From: the human T2T-CHM13v2.0 reference genome, Homo sapiens
Length of the DNA: 64,000 nucleotides
Assembly (NCBI RefSeq): GCF_009914755.1
Contig: NC_060925.1
Reading direction: 5' to 3' (one strand)
Under the pieces are notes generated by a model. That model did not search any database. It worked only from the letters and a program-made list of their open reading frames with translations, and was not told where the DNA came from. Positions 45,121-58,688 of the stretch are shown one piece after another. The position numbers and the translations under genes were made by a program. Every line of letters begins with the position of its first letter. The stretch's first letter is position 1.

Positions 45121-45983
45121 TACAAGAAAAAAACAAACAACCCCATCAAAAAGTGGGCGAAGGATATGAACAGACACTTCTGAAAAGAAGACATTTATGC
45201 AGCCAAAAGACACATGAAAAAATGCTTATCATCACCGGCCATCAGAGAAATGCAAATCAAAACCACAACGAGATACCATCTCACACCAGTTAGAATGGCG
45301 ATCAATAAAAAGTCAGGAAACAACTGGTGCTGGAGAGGATGTGGAGAAATAGGAACACTTTTACACTGTTGGTGGGACTGTAAACTAGTTCAACCATTGT
45401 GGAAGTCAGTGTGGCGATTCCTCAGGGATCTAGAACTAGAAATACCATTTGACCCAGCCATCTCATTACTGGGTATATACCCAAAGGATTATAAAGCATG
45501 CTGCTATAAAGACACATGCACACGTATGTTTATTGCGGCACTATTCACAATAGTAAAGACTTGGAACCAACCTAAATGCCCAACAATGATAGACTGGATT
45601 AAGAAAATGTGGCACATATACACCATGGAATACTATGCAGCCATAACAAATGATGAGTTCATGTCCTTTGTAGGGACATGGATGAAGCTGGAAACCATCA
45701 TTCTCAGCAAACTATCGCAAGGTTAAAAAACCAAACACCACATGTTCTCACTCACAGGTGGGAATTGAACAATGAGAACACATGGACACAGGAAGGGGAA
45801 CATCACACACCGGGGCCTGTTGTGGGGTGGGGGGAGGGGGGAAGGATAGCATTAGGAGATATACCTAATGTTAAATGACGAGTTAATGGGTGCAGCACAC
45901 CAACATGGCACATGTATACATATGTAACAAACCTGCATGTTGTGCACATGTACCCTAAAACTTAAAGTATAATAAAAAAAAAA
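45121..45983 (+). mobile_element. 5'-truncated L1PA (L1PA4-like): ORF2 C-terminus, 3'UTR, poly(A)
   Basis: ORF 45214-45726 is the L1 ORF2p C-terminal CCHC region ([18 protein letters not shown]); TSD AAAAGA(C/T)AAAAAGA at 45107-45120 and 45980-45993. Confidence 0.95.
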
Positions 45984-46284
45984 GATAAAAAGAGCCAATA
46001 ATTCAAAAAAATAAAAGAAAGAAAGAAACCCCCAGTTTTAGGACCTAATAAGGAGAGGCAGGATTGCATAAGAAAAGCCCATATGGAGAGACTGTATTTA
46101 TTATTAGAAGGCAAGAAGGTCCAGCTGCTCTGTGGCCCAAGTGTGTCCTGGGGTAAAAACTGAAGCAGATAAAAGAATTCGTGTAATTTTTATACAGATA
46201 CTTCAGGTCTGTGAGACTCTGCCTCTGAAGAATGGATTTAAAAATTGATTATTCCTACCTGACAGCTAAAAAATCAATGTATTC

Positions 46285-46450
46285 TCTTTCCTTTCTTCCT
46301 TTTTTCCTTCCTTCCTTCCTTCCTTCCCTTCCTCCCTCCTTCCCTCTTTCCCTCTCTCCCTGCCTCTGTCTCTCTCTTTCCCTCCCTCCTTCCCTCCCTT
46401 CATTCCTTCCTTCCTTTCTCTCTCTCTCTCTCTGTCTCTCTCTCTCTTTA
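46285..46450. repeat. CT-rich polypyrimidine tract
   Basis: (CTTC)n/(CT)n mosaic. Confidence 0.95.
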
Positions 46451-47640
46451 TTTCTTCAAGTATTCAAGTGCTCACTATGTGCCAAGCAGTGTCCCAGGAG
46501 CTGAAGATACAGCAGTGACCAAAACAAAACCCCTGGCCTTCATATATCCTAATGCAGGGAGAGGACAGAAAATGTGGAATAAGTAAGTTAAACAGTGAGT
46601 TAGAGAGTGAGAAATGCTAAATAGAAAAAGAAAATAAGAAGAAGAATAAAAAATAAGAAGTTGACTGTTGAACAAACTCCTGAAGGTGCTGAGGACTTTC
46701 GGACTTGCATGCAGGGCCTCATACTCAGAAGAGACCTACACTTGGTTTGATTCTCTGCTGTCACCACCTTGACATTCCTAATGGTTTTTTAACAAGAAGC
46801 TCCACATTTTCACTATACACTGGGCCCCACATATTCTGTAGCTGGTCCTGATTTCAGATAACTCGGGGATGAGCGTTTCAGACAAAAGGAACAGCAATGA
46901 ACATACCTGGAGTTTTCAAGGAGCAAGGAGGTCAGAGGGACTGTTGGAGGGGTTAGGGCAGTAAGGGGGGTGATGTGCACACAGCATGAGGCCATCCTCA
47001 GGCTGGGCTTCCCTGGGTGAGATGGAAAACAAGCTGTGAAAACAGGAGTGACCCTACATATGTTTTAAAAGGACCACTCTGGATTTTTCTTGAGAATAGG
47101 CTCTAGGTGGGGAAGAATGAAATCAAGGAAATCAATTAAGAGGCTGATGAAATAATCCAAATGAGACCTGGCTCAGCCCCAGGTGTTGTTTGAGTGAAGG
47201 CAATGAGAGGTGGTCAAATTCTGGATGCAATCCAAAGGCATAGTTGACAGGATTTGCCAGACTTTTCTATAGGCTGAGAGAGTAAAAGAAGAGTCAAGGA
47301 TGGCTCTAATGTTGGCCTGAACAACTGATAGGATGGAGTTGCTATTCTGAAATGCAGAAGACTGTGAGAGAAGGAAGTTTCTCAGGGAAGATGAGAAATT
47401 TATTTTTGAATATTTTAAGTTTAAGATAAACTATTTCACCTCTAAGAGGAGATATCCAATAAGTAATTGAGTATCTGTGTCATAAGTTTGTGGGGGAGGT
47501 CTGTATTGACAATATGTATTTAGGGGTCATTAGCTCACACAGATGATATCTAAAGTCATGGCAGTAAATAAATCATCATGCAAGTATGCAGACAGAAAAG
47601 AAGTTCAAGGTCTGAGTTCTGAGATACACCATAGTAGAGG
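46450..47640 (-). mobile_element. L2 fragment with an inserted MER96B-like hAT element (~46690-46850)
   Basis: L2 tail-proximal AAGTATTCAAGTGCTCACTATGTGCCAAGCA; insert ...CTGGGCCCCACATATTCTGTAGCTGGTCCTG. Confidence 0.65.
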
Positions 47641-48313
47641 ATGAATATGGGGGGCACCAGCAAGGGAAGGCTCCAAAGGTATGCTTTGTATAGAAAAGTT
47701 ACCATCCTAATATAGACTAATTGAGAAGAACATTTTTTGATATATTGAAAAATAAGAGACATACAGCACTACAAACGCATACAGTTTTGACATCAGCCCA
47801 GGCTTTGGTTAGAGCTCCCAATTCAAATAATTCATTAGCAAATCTTGTAACTGGCTAGCAGACGAGCAATGAAGCCCAAGCCATGAAAATTGTGATGATG
47901 ATGATGATGATGATTAATTTTTTTTAAACAGAGAGAAAGGCTAGACTTACAGGGTGACCAATAATGCTGGTTTATCCAAGAAGGGGATTCCCAAGACACA
48001 GGGCTGTCAGTGCTAAACCAGGTAAGTCATAGGCAAACTGGAATGAGTTGGTCAATCCAACTTAGTGTCAGTCCTTCACTCAAATCTAGCCCTCTCAGTT
48101 AATTAACTTGTATTTTCTCATCTGTAAAAGTAGGAGTGACAAAGGGTTGTTATTAAAATAAAATAAAATAAAATAAGAAAATTGCCCATCAGATTGCCTG
48201 ACACTTACCTAGTAGGTGCTCAATAAATTATGGCTATTATTAGTAGAAGAAAAGCACTCTGTGTACCCCAGTACACCCTATTGACACCATTGGATTATGG
48301 CAAGCAAAATATT

Positions 48314-48614
48314 GGCCTGGCACAGTGGCTCACGCCTGTAATCCCAGCATAGGCTAGGAGGCCAAGGCAGGCAGATCATTGGAGGTCAGGAGTTCGACAC
48401 CAGCCTGGCCAACATGGCGAAACCCCATCTCCACTAAAAATACAAAAATTAGCCAGGCATGGTAGCACGCGCCTGTAGTTCCAGCTACTCAGGAGCCTGA
48501 GGCAGGAGAATTGCTTGAACCCAGGAGGCAGAGGTTGCAGTAAGCCTAGATGATGGCGCCACTGCACTCCAGTTTGGGCAACAGAGTGAGACTCCATCTC
48601 AAAAAAAAAAAAAA
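48314..48614 (+). mobile_element. AluS
   Basis: Full dimer plus A-tail. Confidence 0.92.
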
Positions 48615-49699
48615 TTAGTGTTCACAATTATGATCCTGAGTTACTAAAGAACATTAAACTATGATCATTATATTCCTGTATAGCAACATTATCCATTAAG
48701 ATGTGTGGGGGTCATGATATTAGGCATGAAATAAGGAGAGGAAGCTCAACACAATATTTGGTCCTACTGTAGATAGTATTTACACTGCTGTAATAATATC
48801 TACACTAGTTATTGAATTACAACTTATAGAATTGAATTATAGACAAATTATGGAGAAATTAACGATAGTTTCAGATCATAGTGTAAATATTATTAATCTG
48901 TGTATTGTCAAAGTACAGCTATAGTTGACAGAGGTAGCAAAGTGGTAATGGGTTAAAGAGGGACAAAAACAGCAGGAGCATCAAGAGCCAACATGGGGAA
49001 TTAAGAAATGCAGTCTCTTGTTTGTGGAATAAGAAGTTGAAGTTGAATTGTGTTGCTTAAAGATGCCTTAATTCCAAATGGAAAAACTGAGAAGGATAAT
49101 AGAACCATTCTGGAGGGTGGGAAAACCAGATGAGAGAGACAGACAGAGAGAGAGAGAGAGAGAGAAAGGGGAGAAAGGGAGGGAGTGGGAGGGATGGAGA
49201 CACATCACATCTTCTCCCTCCCTTTCTCCCTCCTTCTCTCTCTCTCATCTGATTTTAAACATATGCATTAATTCTATTTATGAAATTTTAAAAATAAAAA
49301 CAGAAAGGATGTGAAAATGACTTCCAATCCAAAATAATTTAAAGAAAGAATATTTGGATGCATAAAGGCATTCGGCTTTTTCGAAAACGGAGCTATTACA
49401 TACCCATTCCTTGAGTATGTAAGAATACCAAGATCTTAATCCACCCAGTTCCCCTTTCACTCTGAAGCTGAACCAGTCTTTATAGACACTGAAAATTGGA
49501 TTCCTGTACCTCAGTTGCACTTTATTTAGATAAAGAGTAGGTACACAATCAACCCCTAAGTACACCACCATTTTTTATGAAATCAGGCCTCCACCTTGGA
49601 TAATAGCTCTAAAATATTCATTGCCTAACTTTCAAAGCTGTGCATTATTCTATACACAGGGTGTTCCTGTCCAACTTGGCTTCCATAAGAACTTCAATC

Positions 49700-50722
49700 A
49701 AATTCACAGACCACATTCAAATTTGTCAATTGTCCTAATAATAGCTATTATAGGTTCAGGATCATACATAATGTGTAGTTGTCATCTCTCTTTAGTTTTC
49801 TTCAACCTGGACCAGTTCCTGAGTCTTACCTTATTTTTATGATCTTGACATTTTTAAAAAGAGCAGGTTACTCACTTTGTAGAAAGTCCATCAATTTGGG
49901 TTTGTTTAGTATTTCTTCATAATTACATGTAAGTTATACAATTTTTGGCCGAATTGTATAAAAAGTGATGCTATGTTCTAATGGCATCCTATCAGGACAT
50001 ATACAATATCCATTTATCCTATGCTGTTTTAACTTTTATAAGATAATGTCTGACTCCTCTATTGTAAAATTAACTATTAAATATTTGGTATTAATATGTA
50101 GTCTGTGGAGATAACTTTGGAATTATGTAAATATTCTATTCCTTATCAAATGTTCACTTACTAGTTTTAGGATCCAGTGATGAGTCTTCCTTGAATCAGT
50201 TTTTATGATAATGATTGCACAATGATCCTAACTCTATCATTTCTTCTATGCTTATTAGTTGGCATCTTACTACAAGGTAGAGTTTTCCATTCTGCCCCAG
50301 TTATTTATTTATTCATGCATTTATTCATGCATTTATTCATATCAGCACAGACTTGTGAATTTCTATTTTATTCAGTGGATTATATCTGTTATTAGCATTA
50401 TTTGTTTTGATGCTTAAATTATCCCAGATTTGGTCAGTGGAAACTTTATTAAGTTGGTTTCTGTGTTCTTATGAATAAAAGGAATAATAATACTGCTTAT
50501 TATTCTTCAAGCAAATTTTACTTTCTGGCACTAAAAATATCCTTCAGTCTCATCTTGTACTTGTTTGTTCCATATTTGGAATCAGCAATTTATTCAAGGA
50601 GCTTGACTCCTTTTAGTGGAAAATAGTATTTAGAAACCAAGATCTGGGCACTACACATACTCATTGCTACTGAGATATTATTGTTTCTAGGCCTTCACAA
50701 GAGACGGAGCTAGAAATATATG

Positions 50723-50759
<37 letters not shown>

Positions 50760-50980
50760 CCTAGATATTTTTTTATGCCAGTCTGTAAAAGCCATACTCA
50801 AAACCATGAGTTCACACCAATATTTCCAATCCTTAACTAACACTCCAGAGTTTTTTCCAACCTTTGCTTTTCCATGTTCGTAATCCCTTTCTCAGACAGT
50901 GAGAAACCTGGATTCCATTTAGTCTCAATATATCTACTTTTTCAGTCAATCCTCTAGTATGTAACTAACCTCTTGGCCTC
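49700..50980 (-). mobile_element. L1MC-type 3' region with (CA)n at 50725-50758
   Basis: T-rich antisense L1MC motifs (TTTAGTTGTCATCTCTCTTTAG-like; GGAATCAGCAATTTATTCAAGGAGC). Confidence 0.7.
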
Positions 50981-51625
50981 TCAGCGTGTCCCCTTGGCCA
51001 ACCCCAATCACACTGGCTGAACCATCAGCCCCAATCCCACCAAACACGCTAACTCAGCAGTTCAATCCTCAGCCCAGCCGTCCTGGCCACACTGGCTGAT
51101 TCTGTGGCACTGGAGCCACCAATCATGCCAGCTGAAGCCTCAGCCCCAACTCTGCTGACCATGTTGACTGCACCAATCCAAAAACTAAGTTTTTAAAACC
51201 CAAATAGTCTTGCCATAATTAAAATAATCTATTACAGAAGAAGAAAAAGACATCAGTGGAACAGAATCCAGAATCCAGAAATAGACCTAAATACGCATGG
51301 CATTTTAGTTCATAATAAAGGCACCATTTCCAACCAGTGGATTTATATGTAACCTAGTTGGTGGGGTAAATAAAATAGTGTGGGGTTACCTGTAAGATTG
51401 TTAGGAAAAGAAAAGATGAATTTGTAGCACTATTTACACTGAAATTAATTATAATTGTATCAAAGATTTTGCATTAAATAAATCCATACAATTTCTGAAT
51501 AAAGCATGAATTAATTTAGTTAAGATTCTGGAACGAAAAAGGCCTTTCGAAGGAGAACACCAAGACAGAAATTTGATAAATTGAATCACACAAAATTTAT
51601 TTTCTCTTTGACCAAAAATAAATCA

Positions 51626-52120
<495 letters not shown>

Positions 52121-52473
52121 AAACAGTCTAAGGTATTCCATTATAGCAGCACAAAACAGGCTGAAAGAGTCATAATCTGTGATAATCTTATTGTTTTTAT
52201 TGACAGGCTCTCTTATTAAAATACAAGTTATATTAGTACCTGGCACCCAACAGGCATTAACAAATGTTTATTAAATTAAGTTAAATGAGAGGATTCTGGA
52301 AAAGTAGTTTGAGGCTAAACTAGTAAGGATCTTGAAATGCCATATTTGAGAGTTTGGACTTCATGCTAAAGGCATTGGTCACAGTCATCAAAGAAGATAT
52401 CTGCTCTAGAAAAATAACTGTAATGGTGGTTGGTGATGAATTTTAAAGGGAGAGCCAGTTAAAAGGTTACTGT

Positions 52474-52771
52474 GGCCAGGCATGGTGGCTCATGTCTGTT
52501 GTCCCAGCACTTTGGGAGGCTGAGGCAAGCGGATTGCTTGAGCCCCGGAGTTAAGAGACCAGCCTGCCCAACATGGTAAGACCCAATCTCTACAAAAATT
52601 AAAATTTAAAAAAATTAGCCAAATGTGGTGGCACACAACTATAGTCCCAGCTACTCAGGAAGCTGATGCAGGAGGATTGCTTCAGCCTAGGAGGTCAAAG
52701 CTTCAGTGAGCCATGATCACATCACTGCACTCCAACTTGGGCAACAGAGCAAGACCCTGTCTCAAAAAAAA
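52474..52771 (+). mobile_element. AluJ
   Basis: Full diverged dimer. Confidence 0.9.
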
Positions 52772-53437
52772 AGAGTTCTGGTAATTGCTCAGGTCAGAGG
52801 AGACTGAAGCCTGAACTAGGGCAAAGGGACTAGAAGAGAAACTGTTTTGAGGTGCCATCAACACAAATTGGTAATAACTAAAACCTCTATTTATTAAGTG
52901 ACTATAGTAGGCCCAAACTCTGTACTATCTTCACAACAGCCAAGTAAGATTGGTGTTAGTATACCAATTTTGCAAATAAAAAGGCAAAACAAGTTGCAGA
53001 GAACTTAGATAATTTCCCCCAAAGTCACACAGCTAAATAAGGGGCTCTTCTGGATTCTGCTGCAGGGCTATCTCATTCCCACCTCCAAGGAATGAAGGAA
53101 AAGGAGCGATGCTAAGTTTCCAGCTGATGTAATTACTCAGATTATTTCCTTTGCTGAAATATGTAAAGGTTTTATTGGAATGGTAATGAATGTGGCTTTG
53201 GACATGCTGTGTATGAGAATCCTGTAATATAGTAGGTGATTCTGCATGAAACAGAAACTGACTCTGGCTACCTTGCTGAATAGGATAATTCTTGGAAGGC
53301 TATCAGGGCTCACACAGTCACAGTTAGGCTGGAGGTACAGGCTTCATAAAAAGGCCAAGAAGTCAGAGAGTTCCAGATGGCTAGGCAACGGAAAGAAGTC
53401 ACATATGTATTCATTTCACAAATAGCTACCGAGTGTC

Positions 53438-53857
53438 TGTGATGGTTAATACTGAGTGTCAACTTGACTGGATTGAAGGATGCAATATTGATCCTGGGTG
53501 TGCCTGTGAGGGTGTTGCCAAAGGAGATTAACATTTGAGTCAGTGGGCTGGGGAACGCAGACCCACCCTTAATTGGGTGGGCACCATCTAACCAGCTGCC
53601 AGTGAATATGAAGCAGGCAGAAAAATGTGAAGAGACGAGACAGGCCTAGCCGCCCAGTCTACATCTTTCTCCCCTGCTGGATGTTTCCTGCCCTTGAACA
53701 TCGGACTCCAAGTTCTTCAGTTTTGGGACTCAGACTGGGTCTCCTCTCCTTGCTCCTCAGCTTGCAGCCAGCCTATTGTTGGACCTTGTGATCGTGTAAG
53801 TTAATACTTAATAAACTCCCCTAGTTCTGTCCCTCTAAGAGAACCCTGACTAATACA
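53438..53857 (+). mobile_element. MLT2A1/MLT2A2 (ERVL) solo LTR
   Basis: TGTGATGGTTAATACTGAGTGTCAACTTGA...GAGAACCCTGACTAATACA; 5-bp TSD GTGTC at 53433-53437 and 53858-53862. Confidence 0.93.
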
Positions 53858-54755
53858 GTGTCTACTGTATGCCAGGCATTTAAGAGCAATAGGGATACAG
53901 CAATAAACAGACTATATCTCCATTTTCATGTAACTTACTACTGAGTAGGAAAGCCAGATAATAAAACAAATGTTAATTAAATCAAAAATACAAAAGGGTA
54001 GTAAATTTTACTTATTACCAAAAATGGTAGTAAATAAAACAAGGAAGGGGAATAAGGAGTTCCTTGAGAAGAGGGAGGCTGTAATTTTTAACGGAGTAAT
54101 CAGAAAAGACTGAGAGAGATCTGGTCTTCCCACTGCTGCCACCATAATGAATGGAGATCTCCAAATGTCCCCATGTTGTTGTTAATTTCCTCAAGAATCG
54201 GAGGCCTGGGAGCAAGCATCTGATTGGCAAAGCTGAAGGCACATGCCCACCCCCTTAGTTCCTCTGAAGTGAGGGAGAGGGAGAATTGGCCTTTTAACTT
54301 TTTTACAGTAGGTACCTACTTTCAAACAACATATTTTAAAATAAGGGATTTTCCTTAAAAAAAGAAGGGCATTTTGACTCTAGACAACCAAAATATTCAC
54401 AGAAACGGGGGAAATTGTTAAGGGAGAGTCAAAGAAACGACTCATAGAAGAATGAGGGGGAAAAATAGAGGCTAGCACTCTGGAGATCCTTGAACACATT
54501 TTAAGAGGTAGGGAGACAAAAAGGGACCAGGAAAGGAGGCAACAAAGAAAACAATCATGACATAGCAATGTCTGAGAATCCAAGGATAGAGAGCGTTTAC
54601 AAGGCAAATGGTGACCTTTGAGAGAGCAGTGTGAGATGACGTTTGGAAGCAGAAGCCAGATTGTAAATGGAGAAGGAATTAATGGTGACTGAAGTTAAGT
54701 ACAGACTAACTTCTGAGCAAGTGTTACATATCCATAATTTATATTGTTGTAATAG

Positions 54756-55422
54756 TGTTGTGGAATCAGGAGGACCAGAGAGAGGCCTTGGGGTATATAC
54801 ATAAGGATATCTTTATTGAGTGCACTCAGACCCAGCAGACTTAACATCCAAAGACCGGGCCCAGAACAAAGACAGCACTTGACTTTTATACACACCTCAA
54901 AAAGGGGTGTGGACCAGCCTGAAGCCGGCTTACAGTGGCATGAAAGCAGGGATACAGAGGCAGGACAAAGACAGTTAATTAAACTGTAACAGGTTCATAA
55001 CTCAGGATTACACATGACCATTGCTATGCAACCCAGATGTCCATTATCTAGGTTTGCCTAGTGCCTAGCACGGCTTATTCCATGACCTTCACTATAGCGT
55101 CCAGGTGGCCTGCTCAGACAGTTTATGACCTTCACTCTACTGCTTAGATAAAACAGAATACCTGAAGTCACCAGTTACAGAGAACAGGAATTTTCATAAA
55201 CTCATACCATAAAACAAAGGAAAATTTGTTTTTCTTCTCCCTATGTGGAGGGAGTGCTGGGAGAGTCTCCAGAGCACATTCCTTTGTGTCCTGGCTCCTT
55301 AGATAGTATTATCAAGACTTTCCCTGGGTCTGGGCTGTGCCCATTGCTGCCTCTGGAACAAGTCAGCCTAATACAGGAAAACTTACTTCTCTTTTTAATT
55401 TTTTCTTTAACTTCCCACCTCA
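54756..55422 (-). mobile_element. ERV1-class solo LTR (LTR15/LTR4-like)
   Basis: TG...CA termini, minus-strand AATAAA (TTTATT ~54812) and TATAAAA (~54884), 4-bp TSD ATAG at 54752-54755 and 55423-55426. Subfamily uncertain. Confidence 0.8.
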
Positions 55423-57646
55423 ATAGGACTTGCAAAACATATTATCCTGAGACAAAAGGGCAGGACTTTTGTGTAGCACTTTGTCCTCACTTCACTTGAA
55501 CTTCACAATAACTTTGTGAGAAAGGTCTTATTCCCCTTTAGAGAGATGGAAGAAAATGATATCCAATATCCAGTGTGGGAGAGGACTGTAACTCTCTTCC
55601 TGGAGTGCATCTTATTGACAGAGATCAAAACCTAGAAATTCCTCTGCAAAGGAATTCAGTGAAAAAAAGAAATCATAAGCACGTACACAGATTTATCTAC
55701 AAGATTGTACACTGCAATAGGAAAGAAGTGAAAGCAAGCTAACTCCAGCAAGAGGATTGGTACATCCATGCTATGAAAAGACATGCACTGATTGCCAAAT
55801 AATGTTGCAGCATGAACCGTTCAAGAAATGAAAAGCGTCCTACATGAAAAAAATACACTGAGTGCATGACAGGAGTTTTCTAGTCCACAACATACTTAGG
55901 TTCCCAGTTGCAAATCAATAAAGTGACACTCTGGTTTATGTATCAAAAGAAAAGAAAAAGAAATGAAAAGCAAAAAAAGGGTTTACATTTTATGAAGTGA
56001 ACAGAGCAGACCACAAAACAGAATATACAATATGATTCTATTGTGTGTGTATGTAATTTTTTTGTGGGCTTTTCTGTATTTCCGAAAATTCTAATATAAA
56101 GGAATACTGCTTTTGTAATAAGATTTTTAAAAGAAGGTCCTCAGTGGTTAAGTACTTGTCTGTGGTCAGAGATAACTGGCAAAGAAGAGGCCAAATTTTT
56201 TTTGAGACTGCAGTCTCCGGTGTAAAATGAGGGTGCAAGGTGCATCCCCGCTCCTGATTTTTGAATCATCCCTTCCACCACCTTGGAATGACTTCTTACG
56301 TAGAACAGCCAGCAAGTGGAGAAACTTGCCTCAATAATGCAAAACTGTCTCCCTAACTTACTTCCTTTCAATGTTCAAGCAAAACAAAGCCCTCTCTACA
56401 TCCAACATGACAGAAACCCAACATGACAGAAAGTATGAGAATGGTTGGAAATTGCTGAAACAGCAACAGTAAAGATTTAATGAGCTCTCAAAGTACCTCT
56501 AGATGTGCAAATATGACAACCCAATAAAAAGAAACACACACATAACCTAGAGCCTTCAAAAATCTAGATTTCTGCCTTTCCACACCTTAACTTGGAATCA
56601 TTCAGGTGGGTTCCTAAGCATTCTCTCGGAGGTGAAGAATCCTCCAAAGAGGAGACTCTAGGAGGGGCCCAGGTGTGGCAATCTTCAAAAGGATGAGGGA
56701 TGTCCAGAGGAGAGGTGGCGGGAGGGCGCACTTAAAACACGCGAAAATTGGAAACGTGCCTTCTGCAGTCAGTTCCTTCGGATTTTCCGGCATTTAGAAG
56801 CCAGTTCTACTCCTTCAGCCCGACTGTATCTGCAGGTCTCACCCAAGACCAAGACCCCCGCCCCCACCCCTCCTCCACCCGGCCTCGAGCCCCGCCCCGG
56901 ACGCTGGACCCGAGCGTAACGGGAGCAGGTGTTCACATCAAAGGTCTGGCTCGCGAAGGCAGAGACTCCATGTGCCGCAGAAAAAACTCCACGGACAATT
57001 GGGAGACTCCTTTCAAAAAAACAAAACTCCGGAACCACGCGACTCCGCGCTCAGGGGGCGTGGGTACGGCCCACCACGAGGGCAGGGCTCGGCGCCAGCT
57101 CTCGGCAAAACTAACAATATTTGTTAGGCCCTAAACAAAAAGGCCCTAACAGCGCTAAATCCATTCACTTCGGGAGTGTAGCAACCTGGGACACCAAGCG
57201 CCGCCCACGCCCCAGCTACGCGCCTCAGGGACACATCGATTGAGGCGCGGCTACTTTCGCGCACGCGCCTTGCATGCCCGTGCTTCGCCCTTACAGCAGA
57301 GCGCCTAAAACCGCTACGGTGACTCTGCTGGGGACAAATTATTCACGTCCCACTGTTCTGCAAACCCAATCCGGGAGGTATGACCTGGCTGGGACAGTTT
57401 AGGAAGATGGCCACGAAGGCACCTGGGGGAGTAGATATATGTATTTGAGAATGAGAGGAGTAAATCGCTGGACGACCATGAGCAGGAAGAAAATTAGGCC
57501 TCCACCTCCCAACCAGTGGCCCTGAGTTGGCAACTTAGACAGCGCGCGCCAGCGCCAGGAGCCCCGCCTTGGGGGCGTGGCCGCGCGCTGGTCGGCTGGG
57601 GCGGGGCCTGCTTCTGGCCTCATCTAGCCCCGCCCCAGGCGAGGGC

Positions 57647-57706
57647 GCCGCACCCACACCGCGCTGCGCAGTTTTGTTCTGCTCCAGCTGTTCGAAGGTG
57701 ATCCAG
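57647..57706 (+). other. MGST3: MGST3 (microsomal glutathione S-transferase 3) non-coding exon 1; intron 1 runs from 57707 past the window end
   Basis: ...GCTCCAGCTGTTCGAAGGTGATCCAG matches the remembered MGST3 5'UTR and is followed by consensus donor CAG|gtgagt. Start coordinate approximate. Confidence 0.88.
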
Positions 57707-58653
57707 GTGAGTGCTAGCACCTGCGGGCAGCCACGAGCACCGGGCCGCCGGGGGCACTTCAGCCTTTGCGCAGGGCACTCCTATATTTCAGCCTATGCGA
57801 GCTGAATAGAGACCCGCTGTCTCTAACCTCCCCCCACCCTTATCAGTAAATTAGCGATCTGAATTTCCACCCTCTCTGCTCTCCCCTTGCCTTGCATCTT
57901 TTCCCTGGTGGAGTGGGTTGGGAGCGTCTAAGCGAGGCCCGACCTATTTATGTGTAACTCAGGAAAATTCTCAAGGTCAACCCTTCCTCCATTCCTTCCT
58001 TTCCTCTCCTGCTGTCCCCGGGCTCTGCAGTCTGGGGGCACCTTTCTGCCTTCCGGAGACCACCCGACCTTGCCCTCTGCTGTTCCGGCGCAGAGGATGA
58101 GCGAGCCGGACACTGCCGGGGGAGTGGTTGTGCAGGCCTGATCAGTAACACTGGTTTCAGAAGTGGCCTGTGAGCAATGCACCCGCTGCGGTGGGGATGT
58201 GTTGCTAGGGACGGTCGGGAGAGCCTCTGAAGGAATTGTGTTTGTTTTCCTCCTGCCTCTTAGAATCGTTTGTCCATTTGTACTGGGAAGGTGGTCATTT
58301 CCTACCGCTGACTTAGAGCAAGAGACGCCTCTAGGCGGGTGGGGGACTCTTCAGGTTCTTCCTTGGATTTCAGAAAATGCCCCTTCTTTATCTGGGGTGG
58401 CAGCACGGAGCCGTAGGGCTACAGTAGTGGGGCAGTTGCAGGGCGGTGGAAGGCGCTGGAGACTCCTTAGTGAGTCATTCCCCGAAGTTGTGGCTTCTGC
58501 TGATACTTTCCTTGAGAGTCACGAGTTTACAAGCTACATAACAGCGTCGGGGGCAAGTAAGTGTGGAAGACGAGGTAAAGGAAAAGCAGATACTAGGATG
58601 GGTAGAAGGAGAGGCAGGGGTTAGAACTTTAATTCCTTCCCTAGGGACAGGAG

Positions 58654-58688
58654 ATGCCCTGGAGGGGAAGGCGCTTCCGGCTCTGCAG
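58654..58688 (+). CDS. MGST3: Coding part of alternative 44-nt MGST3 exon (58645-58688), N-terminal extension MPWRGRRFRLC(R..)
   Basis: Acceptor ttaattccttccctAG (58643-58644), ATG 58654 with purine at -3, donor CAG|gtatgt at 58688/9; in frame with the main ATG if exon 2 starts ACGCAAG-ATG as remembered (outside window). Confidence 0.6.

Noticed and set aside
45214-45726. 170-aa ORF
   Set aside because: C-terminal fragment of L1 ORF2p in a 5'-truncated element with no promoter.
56402-56432. Small direct repeats (CCAACATGACAGAAA x2; AGGCAGAA x3 at ~5854; AACTAGTTACT x2 at ~39194)
   Set aside because: Ordinary slippage-size duplications with no further structure.
56748-58624. 100-150 aa ORFs in the MGST3 CpG island (and 24381-25182)
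   Set aside because: GC-rich sequence is depleted of stop codons; mostly non-ATG starts; no homology recognised.
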